DNA of 64,000 nucleotides from Dehalococcoidia bacterium (GCA_963662435.1 OY759598.1:2016507-2080506); one strand, 5' to 3'; positions 28,243-38,717 are shown, numbered from the stretch's first letter. Program-made: numbers and translations. The notes: a model not told the origin generated them from the sequence alone.

Positions 28243-30393
28243 ATGCGTGTGATCCGTTTCACGGCGCTCATTGTGATGGCGTTCGCCATTGCCTGCGGCG
28301 AGCCTGAGAGAACGGCTCCGCCGACTACGGCTCCGCTGCCGACGTACACGCCGTATCCCACGTATACACCACTTCCTACACAGATGCCGTTGCCGACGTA
28401 TACGCCGTTACCAACGCAGACCCCGACAGCAACGTCGAATGCCCTGTCGACGCCCACACCGATTCCGACGGCATCACCGAAAGTCCCCCCTACATCGACA
28501 TCCACACCTACTCCCATACGGATCAACACGCCGGTTCCACCCGCAACTCCGATGCCAACCAACACGCCGATTCCGGAGGCAACGCCGACTCTGACTCCGA
28601 CCAATACGCCGGTTCTATTAGCTACTCCCACACCAACTAACCCTCCAACATCAACAGCCACGAACGATGAGCAGATGAGGGAAGAGAGTCCATTTCGGAT
28701 AGGCGTGATGGAATCACTTACAGGTCCCGGCCAGACCTACGGCACGGTGAACGTTCTGGCCAAATGGATGGCGGCTGATGAGATCAACGCTGCGGGCGGT
28801 ATCAATGGGCGGATGATTGAACTGGTCATCGAAGACTCGAAATGCAGCGCCCAAGATGCGATTACGGCCTACAACAAGCTGACCGACGTTGACGGGGTGA
28901 AGATCATCCTCGGGACTACATGTAGTGGAGCAATGCTCGGAGCAGCGATTCTCGCGGAGTTGGACGGCGTGGTGCTCCTCTCCGCCTCGGCAACGAACCC
29001 GGATATAGCCGACGCCGGGGACTACATCTTCCGAACGGCGATGAGCGACGCGCAGCTGGGCATCGACACCGGAAATGTGCTGTGGGCGGACGGAATCCGC
29101 AAGCTCGCCACGATCAACGAGTCGACAGACTACGCCGAGGGGGTGAGACGTGCGTCCGTCGCGCAGTTCGAGAAGCGCGGCGGCGAGGTTGTGATGGCTG
29201 AGCAGTATACTTCCAACGCTACTAACTTCATAACCCATTTGACTAAGTTACTCAACGCAAACCCTGACGCCATTTACTTGGCCGCGCAAGGGGAATTCAG
29301 TGGCGGCACTATCGTCAAGCAACTCAGGGAACTGGGTTACGATGGGGCTATCTATTCCGAGGTCGTGCCTATCGGGTCTGAGGCTCTGAATATCGCAGGG
29401 GATGCTGCCACGGGTTTGAAGGCCATCACAGCGGAGCTTGACCCTTCCAACAACAAAGCGCTAGATGTCCTTACTAACTTTAGGGCACGCTACGGCTACG
29501 CCACACTTGCATGGTATATAGGATCTGCTTATGACGACATATACATCACCGCCGAGTGTCTTAAGAAGACTGGGGACGACCAAGACGCGGACGGCTTTCG
29601 GGACTGTCTCTACGATATAACTTGGAGCGGGGCTATTGGGAACAACTACAGCTTCGACGAAAAGGGCGAGGTCCTAGGTGTTAATAACGCGGTTTTAGAG
29701 GTCCTCCCGACAGCCCATCGGACCGAGAACAACTATGGCTATCGTGTGATCGGATTGCCGTCTACCCTGACTGAACAGCCTTCATCCACACCACCTCAGC
29801 CCCCACTTACCACTGCACCCACTCACGTTCAGTTCTCTACTCCTCCGCTTATGCGGATCGATCCTAGCAAGTCGTACAAGGCGATCTTCACTATGGAGCG
29901 CGGTGGTACATTCGAAATTCAGCTATTCGCAGACAAGGCCCCGAAGACCGTCAATAACTTCGTCTTCCTTGCTCGTGAAGGCTACTATGACGGATCGACC
30001 TTCCATCGTGTCATTCCGGGCTTCATGGCCCAAGGAGGCGATCCGACCAGGACGGGAACCGGAGGCCCGGGATACCACTTTGACAACGAATTCCATCCCG
30101 ATCTGAGACACTTCGGCCTCGGTATGCTAGCTATGGCAAACGCTGGAGTTCAAAACGGTCGCGCCACAAACGGTGGCCAGTTCTACATCACCTACTCCGA
30201 GCAGCATCGTCTCGACGGCCTGAATCTCGATGGGACACCAAAACCGTGCCACCAGCGAGGCATCTCTTGCCACGCCGTGTTTGGAAAAGTCATTAGCGGA
30301 ATGGACGTGGTTCTAAGTATCCGGGAGCGCAATCCCTCGACGGCTACTTACAAGGGAGATGTGATCGAGAGCATAATTATCACTGAGGAGTAG
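28243..30393 (+). CDS. Lipoprotein fusion: Pro/Thr-rich linker, LivJ-like substrate-binding domain and cyclophilin PPIase
   Basis: Lipobox AIAC; PTYTP repeats; IGVMESLTG...EINAAGGINGR; APKTVNNFVFLAREGYYDG..FHRVIPGFMAQGGDP.GTGGPGY...HAVFGKV. Confidence 0.9.
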   Translation: MRVIRFTALIVMAFAIACGEPERTAPPTTAPLPTYTPYPTYTPLPTQMPLPTYTPLPTQTPTATSNALSTPTPIPTASPKVPPTSTSTPTPIRINTPVPPATPMPTNTPIPEATPTLTPTNTPVLLATPTPTNPPTSTATNDEQMREESPFRIGVMESLTGPGQTYGTVNVLAKWMAADEINAAGGINGRMIELVIEDSKCSAQDAITAYNKLTDVDGVKIILGTTCSGAMLGAAILAELDGVVLLSASATNPDIADAGDYIFRTAMSDAQLGIDTGNVLWADGIRKLATINESTDYAEGVRRASVAQFEKRGGEVVMAEQYTSNATNFITHLTKLLNANPDAIYLAAQGEFSGGTIVKQLRELGYDGAIYSEVVPIGSEALNIAGDAATGLKAITAELDPSNNKALDVLTNFRARYGYATLAWYIGSAYDDIYITAECLKKTGDDQDADGFRDCLYDITWSGAIGNNYSFDEKGEVLGVNNAVLEVLPTAHRTENNYGYRVIGLPSTLTEQPSSTPPQPPLTTAPTHVQFSTPPLMRIDPSKSYKAIFTMERGGTFEIQLFADKAPKTVNNFVFLAREGYYDGSTFHRVIPGFMAQGGDPTRTGTGGPGYHFDNEFHPDLRHFGLGMLAMANAGVQNGRATNGGQFYITYSEQHRLDGLNLDGTPKPCHQRGISCHAVFGKVISGMDVVLSIRERNPSTATYKGDVIESIIITEE

Positions 30394-30407
30394 CTCCCGA
30401 CCGTTTC

Positions 30408-31382
30408 TCAATGATATTGATGGCCGTGGTTGTCACACATTCGCTGCAAATCGTTTTGCCAGAAATACCCGTATGCTTTAAGACCTTGAAGAGTTTCTGT
30501 CATTCCCTGCAAGCTATGAGTCAATTCTTCAGTAGAAATGCTTGCACATGGATTCAAATGTAATTTGACAATACTCGATCTATCGGAAAGCATTACGGCA
30601 CATAGATGCTTGCCAAACTCGGAGATGTATTCAGCATTTTTCTCGAGGTCAATCCAATCAATGCCAATATCGTCTGAGAAAAGTAGGATGATTCCGTTTT
30701 TGTCTTTTCGCAGCTGTTTTACTTTGCTTTCAATCTTCGACCATACATTTTGTGACTTATCTGGCATTCTTACAAGACAAGGAGTCTCATCTTCTCCGAG
30801 ATTCATTCTATTCCCAAGAGATATATCCGGTCTAAAGCGACTTATTTCTACATCAAATGATAAATACTCTGTCGAGATCTGTAAATCGGGACCTTCGCCG
30901 CCATAAGGCCTCATCTTTACCATCATTCCAGTCTTCTGAAGAGCCAACGCGTAACATCCTTCGAGATAGAAATCCGCAAACTGATCATCGTACTCATAGT
31001 ATCGCTTTATGTCTTTCAACCATTCGTCTACACCTTGAACATACGCGTCTTTGAGACGGACATACAAGCTGTGAACAATAAATGCATTGAACTCATGGAA
31101 TACCAATTTCCTACGGTTCTCAACGCAGGGATCGGAACCAATTTCCCGGACAAGTACATTACAAAAGAAACTGTCGATTGCACTCTTGGCTTCATGATGA
31201 TTAGCCAGGGCATTCTTCAGCTTTGCTATCTTTGTATCATCGAAATGAGCTACATAAGCAATCCGACTCCGAAAATCTCGAAAATCTGATGAGATATCGG
31301 GAAAGGCTGCCTTGACTTTCTTGTAACCAAGATAACCTACGATGTTATTCGATACGCAGAGAAACGCTATATCTTGTGTCAT
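30408..31382 (-). CDS. Low-GC hypothetical protein, possible PD-(D/E)xK-like nuclease
   Basis: Visibly AT-rich relative to flanks; long open frame; GPDLQI...FDVEISR motif. Confidence 0.55.
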   Translation of the reverse strand: MTQDIAFLCVSNNIVGYLGYKKVKAAFPDISSDFRDFRSRIAYVAHFDDTKIAKLKNALANHHEAKSAIDSFFCNVLVREIGSDPCVENRRKLVFHEFNAFIVHSLYVRLKDAYVQGVDEWLKDIKRYYEYDDQFADFYLEGCYALALQKTGMMVKMRPYGGEGPDLQISTEYLSFDVEISRFRPDISLGNRMNLGEDETPCLVRMPDKSQNVWSKIESKVKQLRKDKNGIILLFSDDIGIDWIDLEKNAEYISEFGKHLCAVMLSDRSSIVKLHLNPCASISTEELTHSLQGMTETLQGLKAYGYFWQNDLQRMCDNHGHQYH

Positions 31383-31430
31383 AGCCTTTACTATCTGTGT
31401 GATGCCCAGTATTCTCACAGACCAGACTTT

Positions 31431-31459
31431 CTGGATTCCTTCCCTTGCGGGAATGACGG
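31431..31459. repeat. REP-like palindrome (GTCATTCCCGC family)
   Basis: CTGGATTCCTTCCCTTGCGGGAATGACGG, a reverse-complement relative of 13838-13862. Confidence 0.7.
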
Positions 31460-31483
31460 AGGGTGGTGTGTGCCCTTCCCAAC

Positions 31484-33094
31484 TCACCCATCGAACATGA
31501 CGACGCGGCGAGTGGGTTCCCTTCCGGAGCTCGAGGAGGAGATGCCGTGGCGTTCAGCTATCTGGTGCTGGAGGTGGCGGACGTAGGAGCTCTGTGGAGT
31601 TAGTTCTGCCTGACGCTCGCCCTTCTTTATGAACTCTGCCGCTTGCTCGGCCTCTTTGATAGCCCCGGCGATGCGGGCCTGATTTTGGCGATGCGCTCCG
31701 TCGTTGCGGGTAATGGCGCGGAAGAACTGGTGAATCTGGGGTGTCGTGTTCTTGCGAAGCACGTAGACGGGTCTCCCCAACTCCTCCGCCTGACGCAGCG
31801 CGTTCGTACGACGCCGATAGAAGCTCTTGGTGGTCAGGACTAGCTCGGCGTCTTCCAAATCGTCGACCAGCCGGACCGGCGCGTCCACCGTATGGAGCGC
31901 CTGTTGGAGCTTCCCCTTGTTCACGCCGTACGGGAGCACTGTGACCAAACCGTTGTCCGACTCGTCGACATCATCGGTTTCGTGTCGTGAAGTTGCTTCG
32001 TTGGTAAATGAGCGTGCAGGACTCTCTTCCCGCCTGTGGTCGTAACGGTTCCTTTCGCCCATGGTGCCCTGCACGAGGATGGATGGACTGCGGTCGACGT
32101 GCGCGCGTCGGAGCTCGCCGTCAGGCTCGACCCACCTGTTCTCAAGGGAAACGCGGAATCCCCGAAGTACCTTGTCCACAGTCTCGCCGACATCCAGCGC
32201 TATGAGCACGCGATTACGGCCCTGGATCTCGACGAGGACATCGAACGTGGGCGGAGCCTTGCGTTCGAGGACGGTCTTCTGCGTGCGGCGCCTTCGTGCC
32301 TCGATGTCGCCGAGTGTGACGGCCTGGATTCCGCCGATGAGGTCGGAAAGCGTCGGATTCTGTACAAGGTTCTCGAGGGTATTTCCGTGGGCGGTTGCGA
32401 CGAGTTGCACGCCACGTTCGGCGATAGTTCGAGCGGCGTTGGCCTCCAGCTCAGTGCTGATCTCGTCGATGATGATGACCTCAGGCATGTGGTTCTCGAC
32501 GGCCTCGATCATGACCGCGTGCTGCTGATCGGGAGACGGCACCTGCATTCTCCGCGCCGTTCCAATTCCGGGGTGTGGGATGTCGCCGTCACCCGCGATC
32601 TCGTTGGAGGTGTCGACGATTACCACGCGCTTTCCCGCTTCGTCGGCGAGCACCCGCGCGACGTCTCGGAGCATGGTCGTCTTGCCAACGCCCGGCTTGC
32701 CGAGGAGAAGTATGCTCTCCCCTGTACGAACGATGTCCTCGATGATGCGGATGGTGCCATAGACCGCACGTCCGACTCGGACCGTCAGGCCTACTACTTT
32801 CCCCGTGCGGTTCCTGATGGCGGAGATTCGATGCAGAGTCCGTTCGATGCCCGCCCTGTTGTCGGCCCCGAACGGACTGATGTTTCGTGTGACGTACTCG
32901 ATGTCGTTGAGATCGATTTCCCGATCGCTGAGTATCACACTCTCGTCAGGGAACCGGGCTTCAGGCGGACGCCCGAGATCAAGCACCACCTCGAGAAGAT
33001 CGTCGCTGTCCTCCCGGTTGACGAGTCTTTCGGCGATGCGAGGAGGAAGTTTTTCAATGACTTCCTCTAGGTCTGTTTCAATCCACTGTTGCAT
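31484..33094 (-). CDS. Ycf45/SpoIIIAA-like AAA ATPase with C-terminal R3H domain
   Basis: [42 protein letters not shown]-terminal [12 protein letters not shown]...S.GREP.RRV. Confidence 0.9.
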   Translation of the reverse strand: MQQWIETDLEEVIEKLPPRIAERLVNREDSDDLLEVVLDLGRPPEARFPDESVILSDREIDLNDIEYVTRNISPFGADNRAGIERTLHRISAIRNRTGKVVGLTVRVGRAVYGTIRIIEDIVRTGESILLLGKPGVGKTTMLRDVARVLADEAGKRVVIVDTSNEIAGDGDIPHPGIGTARRMQVPSPDQQHAVMIEAVENHMPEVIIIDEISTELEANAARTIAERGVQLVATAHGNTLENLVQNPTLSDLIGGIQAVTLGDIEARRRRTQKTVLERKAPPTFDVLVEIQGRNRVLIALDVGETVDKVLRGFRVSLENRWVEPDGELRRAHVDRSPSILVQGTMGERNRYDHRREESPARSFTNEATSRHETDDVDESDNGLVTVLPYGVNKGKLQQALHTVDAPVRLVDDLEDAELVLTTKSFYRRRTNALRQAEELGRPVYVLRKNTTPQIHQFFRAITRNDGAHRQNQARIAGAIKEAEQAAEFIKKGERQAELTPQSSYVRHLQHQIAERHGISSSSSGREPTRRVVMFDG

Positions 33095-33154
33095 GTTTCT
33101 AGCGTATAGTCCTCTGTAACGTAGTGCGTCAAGTGTGGCGCACATCGACGCCCA

Positions 33155-33901
33155 CTATTCAAACTTCAGGACGCGTTGATACTTCCTATAGCAGGCCAAG
33201 CACAGAGGCTTGTTGAGAGTAGCGGGATGCTTATTCCCACATGCGTGACAGTTCTCCTCTTCATAGTCCTTATTCTCGAATCTCTTCCAACTCCCATAGC
33301 AACGATTACTGTATGGATGTGTGGGATCTGCTTTTACGGTGTCCTTGCAACGAATGCAAAACCCTTTCGAAGGAGCTTTTTGGGCAGTACGGGTGGGCTG
33401 TCTGGCTATTCTCTTGTTGTTTGTCGGAGCCTGTTTCACATCCTTTGAAGGCTTTATCCTCGAAACCTTCACTCGAATTTCTTCGCTTATCCTGACGATT
33501 CTCATCGACTCCTGAAGAATCTCGTCATACAGGCGCGGCTCACTCTCGCGAGATATCAACATCCCCATTTCATTGTTGTTGACTTGAGAGAATTCGTAGA
33601 GATTCATTGAAGTCAACAGTGCTTCCCTCTCGTTCATATAGCACTTTGCATGAAGATTCTTGCAAAAGCCAGTGCGGACTGAGTTCATCGACTCCAACCA
33701 GTTGTTTTCCTCGGGCTGCAGCTCGTTCTTACCGTAGACTATGCGGACATCGATCTTCAGACGATCCTTGACTTCGAGGAGTTCCCTAATTCGTTCGTTG
33801 ACCCGCAGATAAGGGCTGATGATGACAAGGCGCTCTTCCGCGTTCTTGATAATCTCCTCAAGACGATACGAGACACCTGTAGTAGTTAGGAACTCCGCCA
33901 C
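33155..33901 (-). CDS. Phospholipase D-family (single HKD-like) protein with Cys-rich C-terminus
   Basis: IISPYL, LHAKCYMNE...TSMNL...NNEMG; C-terminal CIRC, CHAC, CLAC; GTG start 33901. Confidence 0.82.
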   Translation of the reverse strand: MAEFLTTTGVSYRLEEIIKNAEERLVIISPYLRVNERIRELLEVKDRLKIDVRIVYGKNELQPEENNWLESMNSVRTGFCKNLHAKCYMNEREALLTSMNLYEFSQVNNNEMGMLISRESEPRLYDEILQESMRIVRISEEIRVKVSRIKPSKDVKQAPTNNKRIARQPTRTAQKAPSKGFCIRCKDTVKADPTHPYSNRCYGSWKRFENKDYEEENCHACGNKHPATLNKPLCLACYRKYQRVLKFE

Positions 33902-33950
33902 GTTCTGGAATCTCTCCTTGTGAGCTATCTGTATTTTCCACCCGACACTA

Positions 33951-34952
33951 CTAGGAGTGCAGCCTAATTCGAGGCTCCCGACGGACATGCTGCAAGTGTT
34001 CAGACAGGTCGACTGCAGGGTTGAGACCCGAAAGACGAACGGCGCGGCCTGACTGGGCGATGCTCACCGGACTGGTGATGGACCTCGCCAAAGTCACGTA
34101 CCGGGCGGCTTCCCGATAGCCTCGCTCTCTCAAGTGAGCTTCGAATCGGCCCTGGTGGTCCCGCAACAGGCAGTACCAGTTCTTGACACCCCATGCGCGT
34201 GACATCCCGTGTGATACGAGTGCGGGGATTGCGTCGTCGGAGCCGGGGTGGCTCATCAGGGTAACTATTCCGGAGATGCCGCGGCGGGTTATCTGTACCC
34301 AGCCCTGGGTGGCATCTTGCTTTCGGTAGGCGTACTCCCGGCTGCTCCAACCACCTCGTTCTCTTGCTTCGCGCCATTGCTCAAGGGTCATTCCCAGTGC
34401 GAAGCGTGTGCGAGAGGGCGTGGAAGCATTGTAAAGGCGAAACAGATCGTGTTCGTCGACCTGTTCTGCGGATCGAACTCCGTCGGTAGGCGCGCCGGCG
34501 AAGGGACTCTTCGGACCGGTCAATAGCAGCTCTTCACCGAACTTGGTGAAGCCACACGAGGCGGCCAGCCGAACGAGAGGATCATCCTCCCGCAGTCGGA
34601 GGAAGATGCGCTCTCCGCCACGCTTGGAAATGTCCCTAAACATGATGCCGAGTACGTCTGCGCATGCCTCACCTTCGGGTGAGTCCGCCAGCAGTTGAGT
34701 TACTTCCCAGCAGCGGCGGGTGGAACGAGGCCGTGCTGCCACGATAGCCGGTACGTACCGTCCATGGGAGAGGGTGAGCGAGTGTGTTCCCCTGTTCCTG
34801 AGGGAAGAAGCAACGGCCATGACCTCTCGTCTTGTCATCGCCGAGGTAGACTCTGTCCCGACCGCGGCAAGGGGATAAGCCCGGTTGCCCGGGGCCGGGC
34901 CGCCGAATATCCCGTAGCGAATAACGTCTGCGGTACGCGACGCACGAATCAT
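33951..34952 (-). CDS. Hypothetical protein (GNAT-like fold possible)
   Basis: 333 aa ORF directly after pdxT; RIFLRL...GF, DLFRLYNASTP. Confidence 0.55.
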   Translation of the reverse strand: MIRASRTADVIRYGIFGGPAPGNRAYPLAAVGTESTSAMTRREVMAVASSLRNRGTHSLTLSHGRYVPAIVAARPRSTRRCWEVTQLLADSPEGEACADVLGIMFRDISKRGGERIFLRLREDDPLVRLAASCGFTKFGEELLLTGPKSPFAGAPTDGVRSAEQVDEHDLFRLYNASTPSRTRFALGMTLEQWREARERGGWSSREYAYRKQDATQGWVQITRRGISGIVTLMSHPGSDDAIPALVSHGMSRAWGVKNWYCLLRDHQGRFEAHLRERGYREAARYVTLARSITSPVSIAQSGRAVRLSGLNPAVDLSEHLQHVRREPRIRLHS

Positions 34953-34957
34953 GGTTG

Positions 34958-35545
34958 CTACGTTCCCTTTGCTCCCCGCACGATATTCAAGAATAGCTCG
35001 TGAACCCTTGAATCACCGGTCAATTCAGGATGGAACGCCGTCGCGAGCATGTGGGACTCACGGACGGCAACGGGACGACCGTCGTCCAGGCGAGCGATCA
35101 CCTCGACTCCCTCCCCGACCGCATTTACCACGGGGGCGCGAATGAAGACACCTCTGAAGGGAGCGCCGGTGACTCCGTCCAGTTCAAGGTCGGCTTCGAA
35201 GCTGTGGACCTGGCTGCCGAATGCGTTCCTGCTCACCTCGATGTCCATCAGGTGCAGCGGCTCCGGGCGGTGGTCGGTGAGCCTGTCGGCCAGAACGATC
35301 ATTCCGGCGCAGGTACCCCAGACGGGCATACCGTCGCGGACGAGTCCCACGACGGTATCGCGCATTTCGAAGATGTCGAGTAGCTGGACGATTGTCGTGC
35401 TCTCACCACCCGGAATCACGAGGCCGTCGAGCCCGTCCAGGTCCTTGCCAAGCCGCACTTCGGGCGCGTCGGCTCCGAGTCCCTCGATCATAAGGCGATG
35501 TTCCAGGAAATCGCCTTGAATGGCCAGGACTCCGATAGTCGTCAA
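34958..35545 (-). CDS. pdxT: PLP synthase glutaminase subunit
   Basis: GVLAIQGDF.EH, IPGGESTT, GTCAG.I, RNAFGSQ, FIRAP, FHPELT. Confidence 0.96.
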   Translation of the reverse strand: MTTIGVLAIQGDFLEHRLMIEGLGADAPEVRLGKDLDGLDGLVIPGGESTTIVQLLDIFEMRDTVVGLVRDGMPVWGTCAGMIVLADRLTDHRPEPLHLMDIEVSRNAFGSQVHSFEADLELDGVTGAPFRGVFIRAPVVNAVGEGVEVIARLDDGRPVAVRESHMLATAFHPELTGDSRVHELFLNIVRGAKGT

Positions 35546-35547
35546 GC

Positions 35548-36447
35548 CTACCAGCCCCTGACCGCCAGCTGTTCCTCGACAGGCATCGTGCGGACGTCGA
35601 GCCCAGGCATGGAGTCACCCAGACCGCGTGAGACCTCCGCCAGCACGTCGGGGTTGTTGTAGTTCGTCGTCGCCTTGACGATGGCGGCGGCCATGAGGTC
35701 GGGACGCTGGGATTTGAAGATGCCGGAACCGACAAACACGCCGTCGACGCCAAGTTGCATCATCAGCGCGGCGTCCGCGGGGCTCGCGATACCGCCTGCG
35801 GCGAAGTTAACGACCGGAAGCTGACCGGTTTCGTGGACGGACTTTACAAGGTCATAGGGCGCCCTCAGGTCGCGAGCGGTCGCCATCAGTTCATCTTCGG
35901 CCATGTTCTGGATGCGGCGAATCTCGCCGAGAACGGTCCGCGCGTGACGTACGGCCTCTACGATGTTGCCCGTGCCGGCCTCGCCCTTCGTGCGAATCAT
36001 GGCCGCGCCCTCGCCGATGCGCCGAAGCGCCTCGCCTAGATCGCGCGCGCCGCAGACGAACGGTACCTTGAAGCCGTGCTTGTCGACGTGGTTGTTTTCG
36101 TCGGCAGGCGTGAGCACTTCGGACTCGTCGATATAGTCAATTTCCAGCGCTTCGAGTATCTGCGCCTCAACGAAGTGACCGATGCGGCACTTGGCCATGA
36201 CCGGTATCGTTACGGCCTCCTTAATTTCAATAATCTTGGTGGGATCGGCCATGCGGGCTACGCCGCCGTCCTTACGAATGTCGGACGGCACTCTTTCCAG
36301 CGCCATCACCGCGCAGGCACCCGAATCCTCAGCGATCCTGGCTTCCTCCGCCGTTACGACGTCCATGATGACACCGCCCTTGAGCATCTGAGCGTGTCCA
36401 GTCTTGACTACCCAAGTACCGGTCTCGGCTATTGTGTCGATGGCCAT
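35548..36447 (-). CDS. pdxS: PLP synthase lyase subunit
   Basis: [46 protein letters not shown]. Confidence 0.97.
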   Translation of the reverse strand: MAIDTIAETGTWVVKTGHAQMLKGGVIMDVVTAEEARIAEDSGACAVMALERVPSDIRKDGGVARMADPTKIIEIKEAVTIPVMAKCRIGHFVEAQILEALEIDYIDESEVLTPADENNHVDKHGFKVPFVCGARDLGEALRRIGEGAAMIRTKGEAGTGNIVEAVRHARTVLGEIRRIQNMAEDELMATARDLRAPYDLVKSVHETGQLPVVNFAAGGIASPADAALMMQLGVDGVFVGSGIFKSQRPDLMAAAIVKATTNYNNPDVLAEVSRGLGDSMPGLDVRTMPVEEQLAVRGW

Positions 36448-36522
36448 GTGTCCGCCTCCGTCTGTCTGGTGGTGTACGAACTTGGCCTTCATTATACATT
36501 CGCGGGAAAAGCTAAGGCAATT

Positions 36523-36549
36523 ACCCTTCGACAGGCTCAGGGTGAAAGG
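36523..36549. repeat. REP-like half unit (CCCTTCGACAGGCTCAGGGTGAA family)
   Basis: Reverse complement of the left arm seen at 52267 and 63771. Confidence 0.7.
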
Positions 36550-36600
36550 TTTACGAAGAGGGGGACGAGACACAAGGATTTGACGGCGGACAGCGACACT

Positions 36601-37284
36601 CTATCGCAGAGAGTAGTCTCCTTCGTACTCGACGCCGAGCTTTTCGAGGAAGGCTCTGGGGCCGTTCTCCAGGAGCGCCCTTGCCTCCTCTTCATCCAGT
36701 CCCGCCCCTCTTGCCACTTTCATGGCGTACTCAGGCGTGAGAAGATCGCCGGGCTCGTGCGCGTCAGAGTCGAGGACCATGCGCGCTCCCGCGCTCTTGG
36801 CCATGCGAACGACGTGACCATTGGCCATGCCATGACCCTTTCGCGCGGACACCTCAAGGAAAGTGCCGTTTCTGGCGGCGATTTGCGCGTCCTCAGGGAG
36901 GATGAGGCCGGGATGGGCCAGGACGTCGACGTGGGCCGAGGACACTGCGGCGTGGTTTGTGCCCGGCTCGACGGGTTCGTTGATGGTCTCTCCATGAACG
37001 TTGACGACTATCGCACCAAGTTCTCGTGCCGCTCGCGCCAGATAGTCGATATCGTCCTTCGGAGTATGCGTAATTTCGACTCCCGGCAGAGCGAGGATGT
37101 CCCAACGTCGTGAGGCGACTTCACAGTCCGTGATTAGGGTCTTGAGGATGAATTCGAGGTTCCCATGTCCGACATGGTCGGTGATTGCCATTACCCTATA
37201 ACCGGCGACGTGGGCGCGCCGGATCAGCTCGACGGGCGAGAGCACCCCGTCGCTGAGAAAAGTGTGAGTGTGAAAGTCAAACAT
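36601..37284 (-). CDS. PHP-domain phosphoesterase (histidinol-phosphatase-like)
   Basis: DFHTHTFLSDG, AITDH, GVEITH, LAHPG, DSDAH. Confidence 0.88.
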   Translation of the reverse strand: MFDFHTHTFLSDGVLSPVELIRRAHVAGYRVMAITDHVGHGNLEFILKTLITDCEVASRRWDILALPGVEITHTPKDDIDYLARAARELGAIVVNVHGETINEPVEPGTNHAAVSSAHVDVLAHPGLILPEDAQIAARNGTFLEVSARKGHGMANGHVVRMAKSAGARMVLDSDAHEPGDLLTPEYAMKVARGAGLDEEEARALLENGPRAFLEKLGVEYEGDYSLR

Positions 37285-37535
37285 GGTCTGCTCCGATTCA
37301 AGATTGCAGTTTGATGATATCACCGGGCGGCATAGGCGGGGGAACATCCTGTCTTTGACAATTCCCAATAAAGTCCACTTTGCTCACAATCGGAACCGTA
37401 TAGTTCTTGCGGGTATGGATACCGTCCTTGGATGATATTGACATTAGTGACGGTACACGAACACAGACCTGCTCCGACAATGCGGGGCTTTTCGTGAATC
37501 CGTCCAGCGAACCATCGTAGGACGATATTGGCGAG

Positions 37536-38717
37536 ATGACTTACCAGGCTACTGCGAGAATCCTCGAGTACGACGACCGGGACGAGTCGGCGCAGGCAAC
37601 CACGCCCTCCACCACGCACGTGTTGCTCAGTATTCTGAACAAAGTGGACGCCGCGGTGGCGGCGGAGGTACCGCGTGGAATAGTCGAAATTCCGTACGAC
37701 CACGCGCTTGAAGCAAAGACCGAAGGCCGTGAGGGCAGGGCCTCATCGAAGTATTCGCTTCACACCGCGGGGAAACTCATGAATCCGAAGTTCCTCGCGG
37801 TAAATCAAAATCTGACAGCGGCGCTGGCACTCGACATGATTCGGATTCGCGCTCGCGACGCTGAGGCCACCAGCTATGCGCTCGTCGTAGACGAAGAGGA
37901 CAAGCTCGTTGGACATGTCGCGATCGTTGACTTAGCACTAGCCCGAAATAAGCAGACTGTTGACGAACTCACCCAAGGTGACATGGTCTCGGTGTTGGTT
38001 GACGCCGACCAGGAAGAATGCGCACGGGTCATGCAGCAGCACAGCATTAGTGAGCTGCCGGTTGTGGACTCCGAGGGAGTCTTGCGCGGCATCATCATGA
38101 GCGAGCATGTGTTGGACGTACTCAAGGAAGAAGCCACGGAGGATATGCTAAGGCTTGCGGGCGTGGGCAGCGAGGCGATATCCGGTCCGCTCAGCCTCGC
38201 GTTCAAGAGTCGACTCCCGTGGCTCTGCGTGAACCTGGCCACGGGGTTTCTTGCCGCCCTGGCAATCGGCCTTTTCGAGACGACCATCGGGCAGGTGGTC
38301 GCTCTCGCCGTCTTGCTTCCATTGGTGACGAGCCAGGGAGGCATGGGAGGGATACAGACTCTCACCTTGGCAGTCCGTAGCATGGCGCTCGGGGAACTGC
38401 CAAGCACCCAGGGAATGAAGCTGGTCGCAAGAGAACTGGCCCTCGGTGTCGCTCATGGACTGATGTTTGGGCTCTTGGTTGGAATCGTGGCATTCGCCTG
38501 GAAGGGTGACTTCATGCTGGGAGTCGTACTTGCAATAGCCATGCTGGGGAATATGGTGATCGCGGGGCTTACGGGTGCGGGAGTACCGCTTCTGCTGCGA
38601 AAGGCAGGGCATGATCCAGCGGTCTCATCCGCCGTGTTCATTACCACTTTTACGGACATCATGGGGATCTTGCTCTTCCTGGGCATCGCGACTGTCGTCG
38701 TCGAGAGGCTTGCCTAG
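37536..38717 (+). CDS. mgtE: MgtE-family magnesium transporter (N-terminus divergent)
   Basis: TAG.LM, two CBS domains, EEATEDM, RLPWL, five TM helices, DPA..S..FITT.TD. Confidence 0.85.
   Translation: MTYQATARILEYDDRDESAQATTPSTTHVLLSILNKVDAAVAAEVPRGIVEIPYDHALEAKTEGREGRASSKYSLHTAGKLMNPKFLAVNQNLTAALALDMIRIRARDAEATSYALVVDEEDKLVGHVAIVDLALARNKQTVDELTQGDMVSVLVDADQEECARVMQQHSISELPVVDSEGVLRGIIMSEHVLDVLKEEATEDMLRLAGVGSEAISGPLSLAFKSRLPWLCVNLATGFLAALAIGLFETTIGQVVALAVLLPLVTSQGGMGGIQTLTLAVRSMALGELPSTQGMKLVARELALGVAHGLMFGLLVGIVAFAWKGDFMLGVVLAIAMLGNMVIAGLTGAGVPLLLRKAGHDPAVSSAVFITTFTDIMGILLFLGIATVVVERLA

Noticed and set aside
28300..28670. DNA tandem repeat or antisense VGVG-rich ORF (28065-28661)
   Set aside because: Explained by the Pro/Thr-rich coding stalk of the plus-strand lipoprotein
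37290..37535. M-box (ykoK) riboswitch upstream of mgtE
   Set aside because: No recognisable conserved M-box sequence or terminator by eye; needs Infernal to exclude fully
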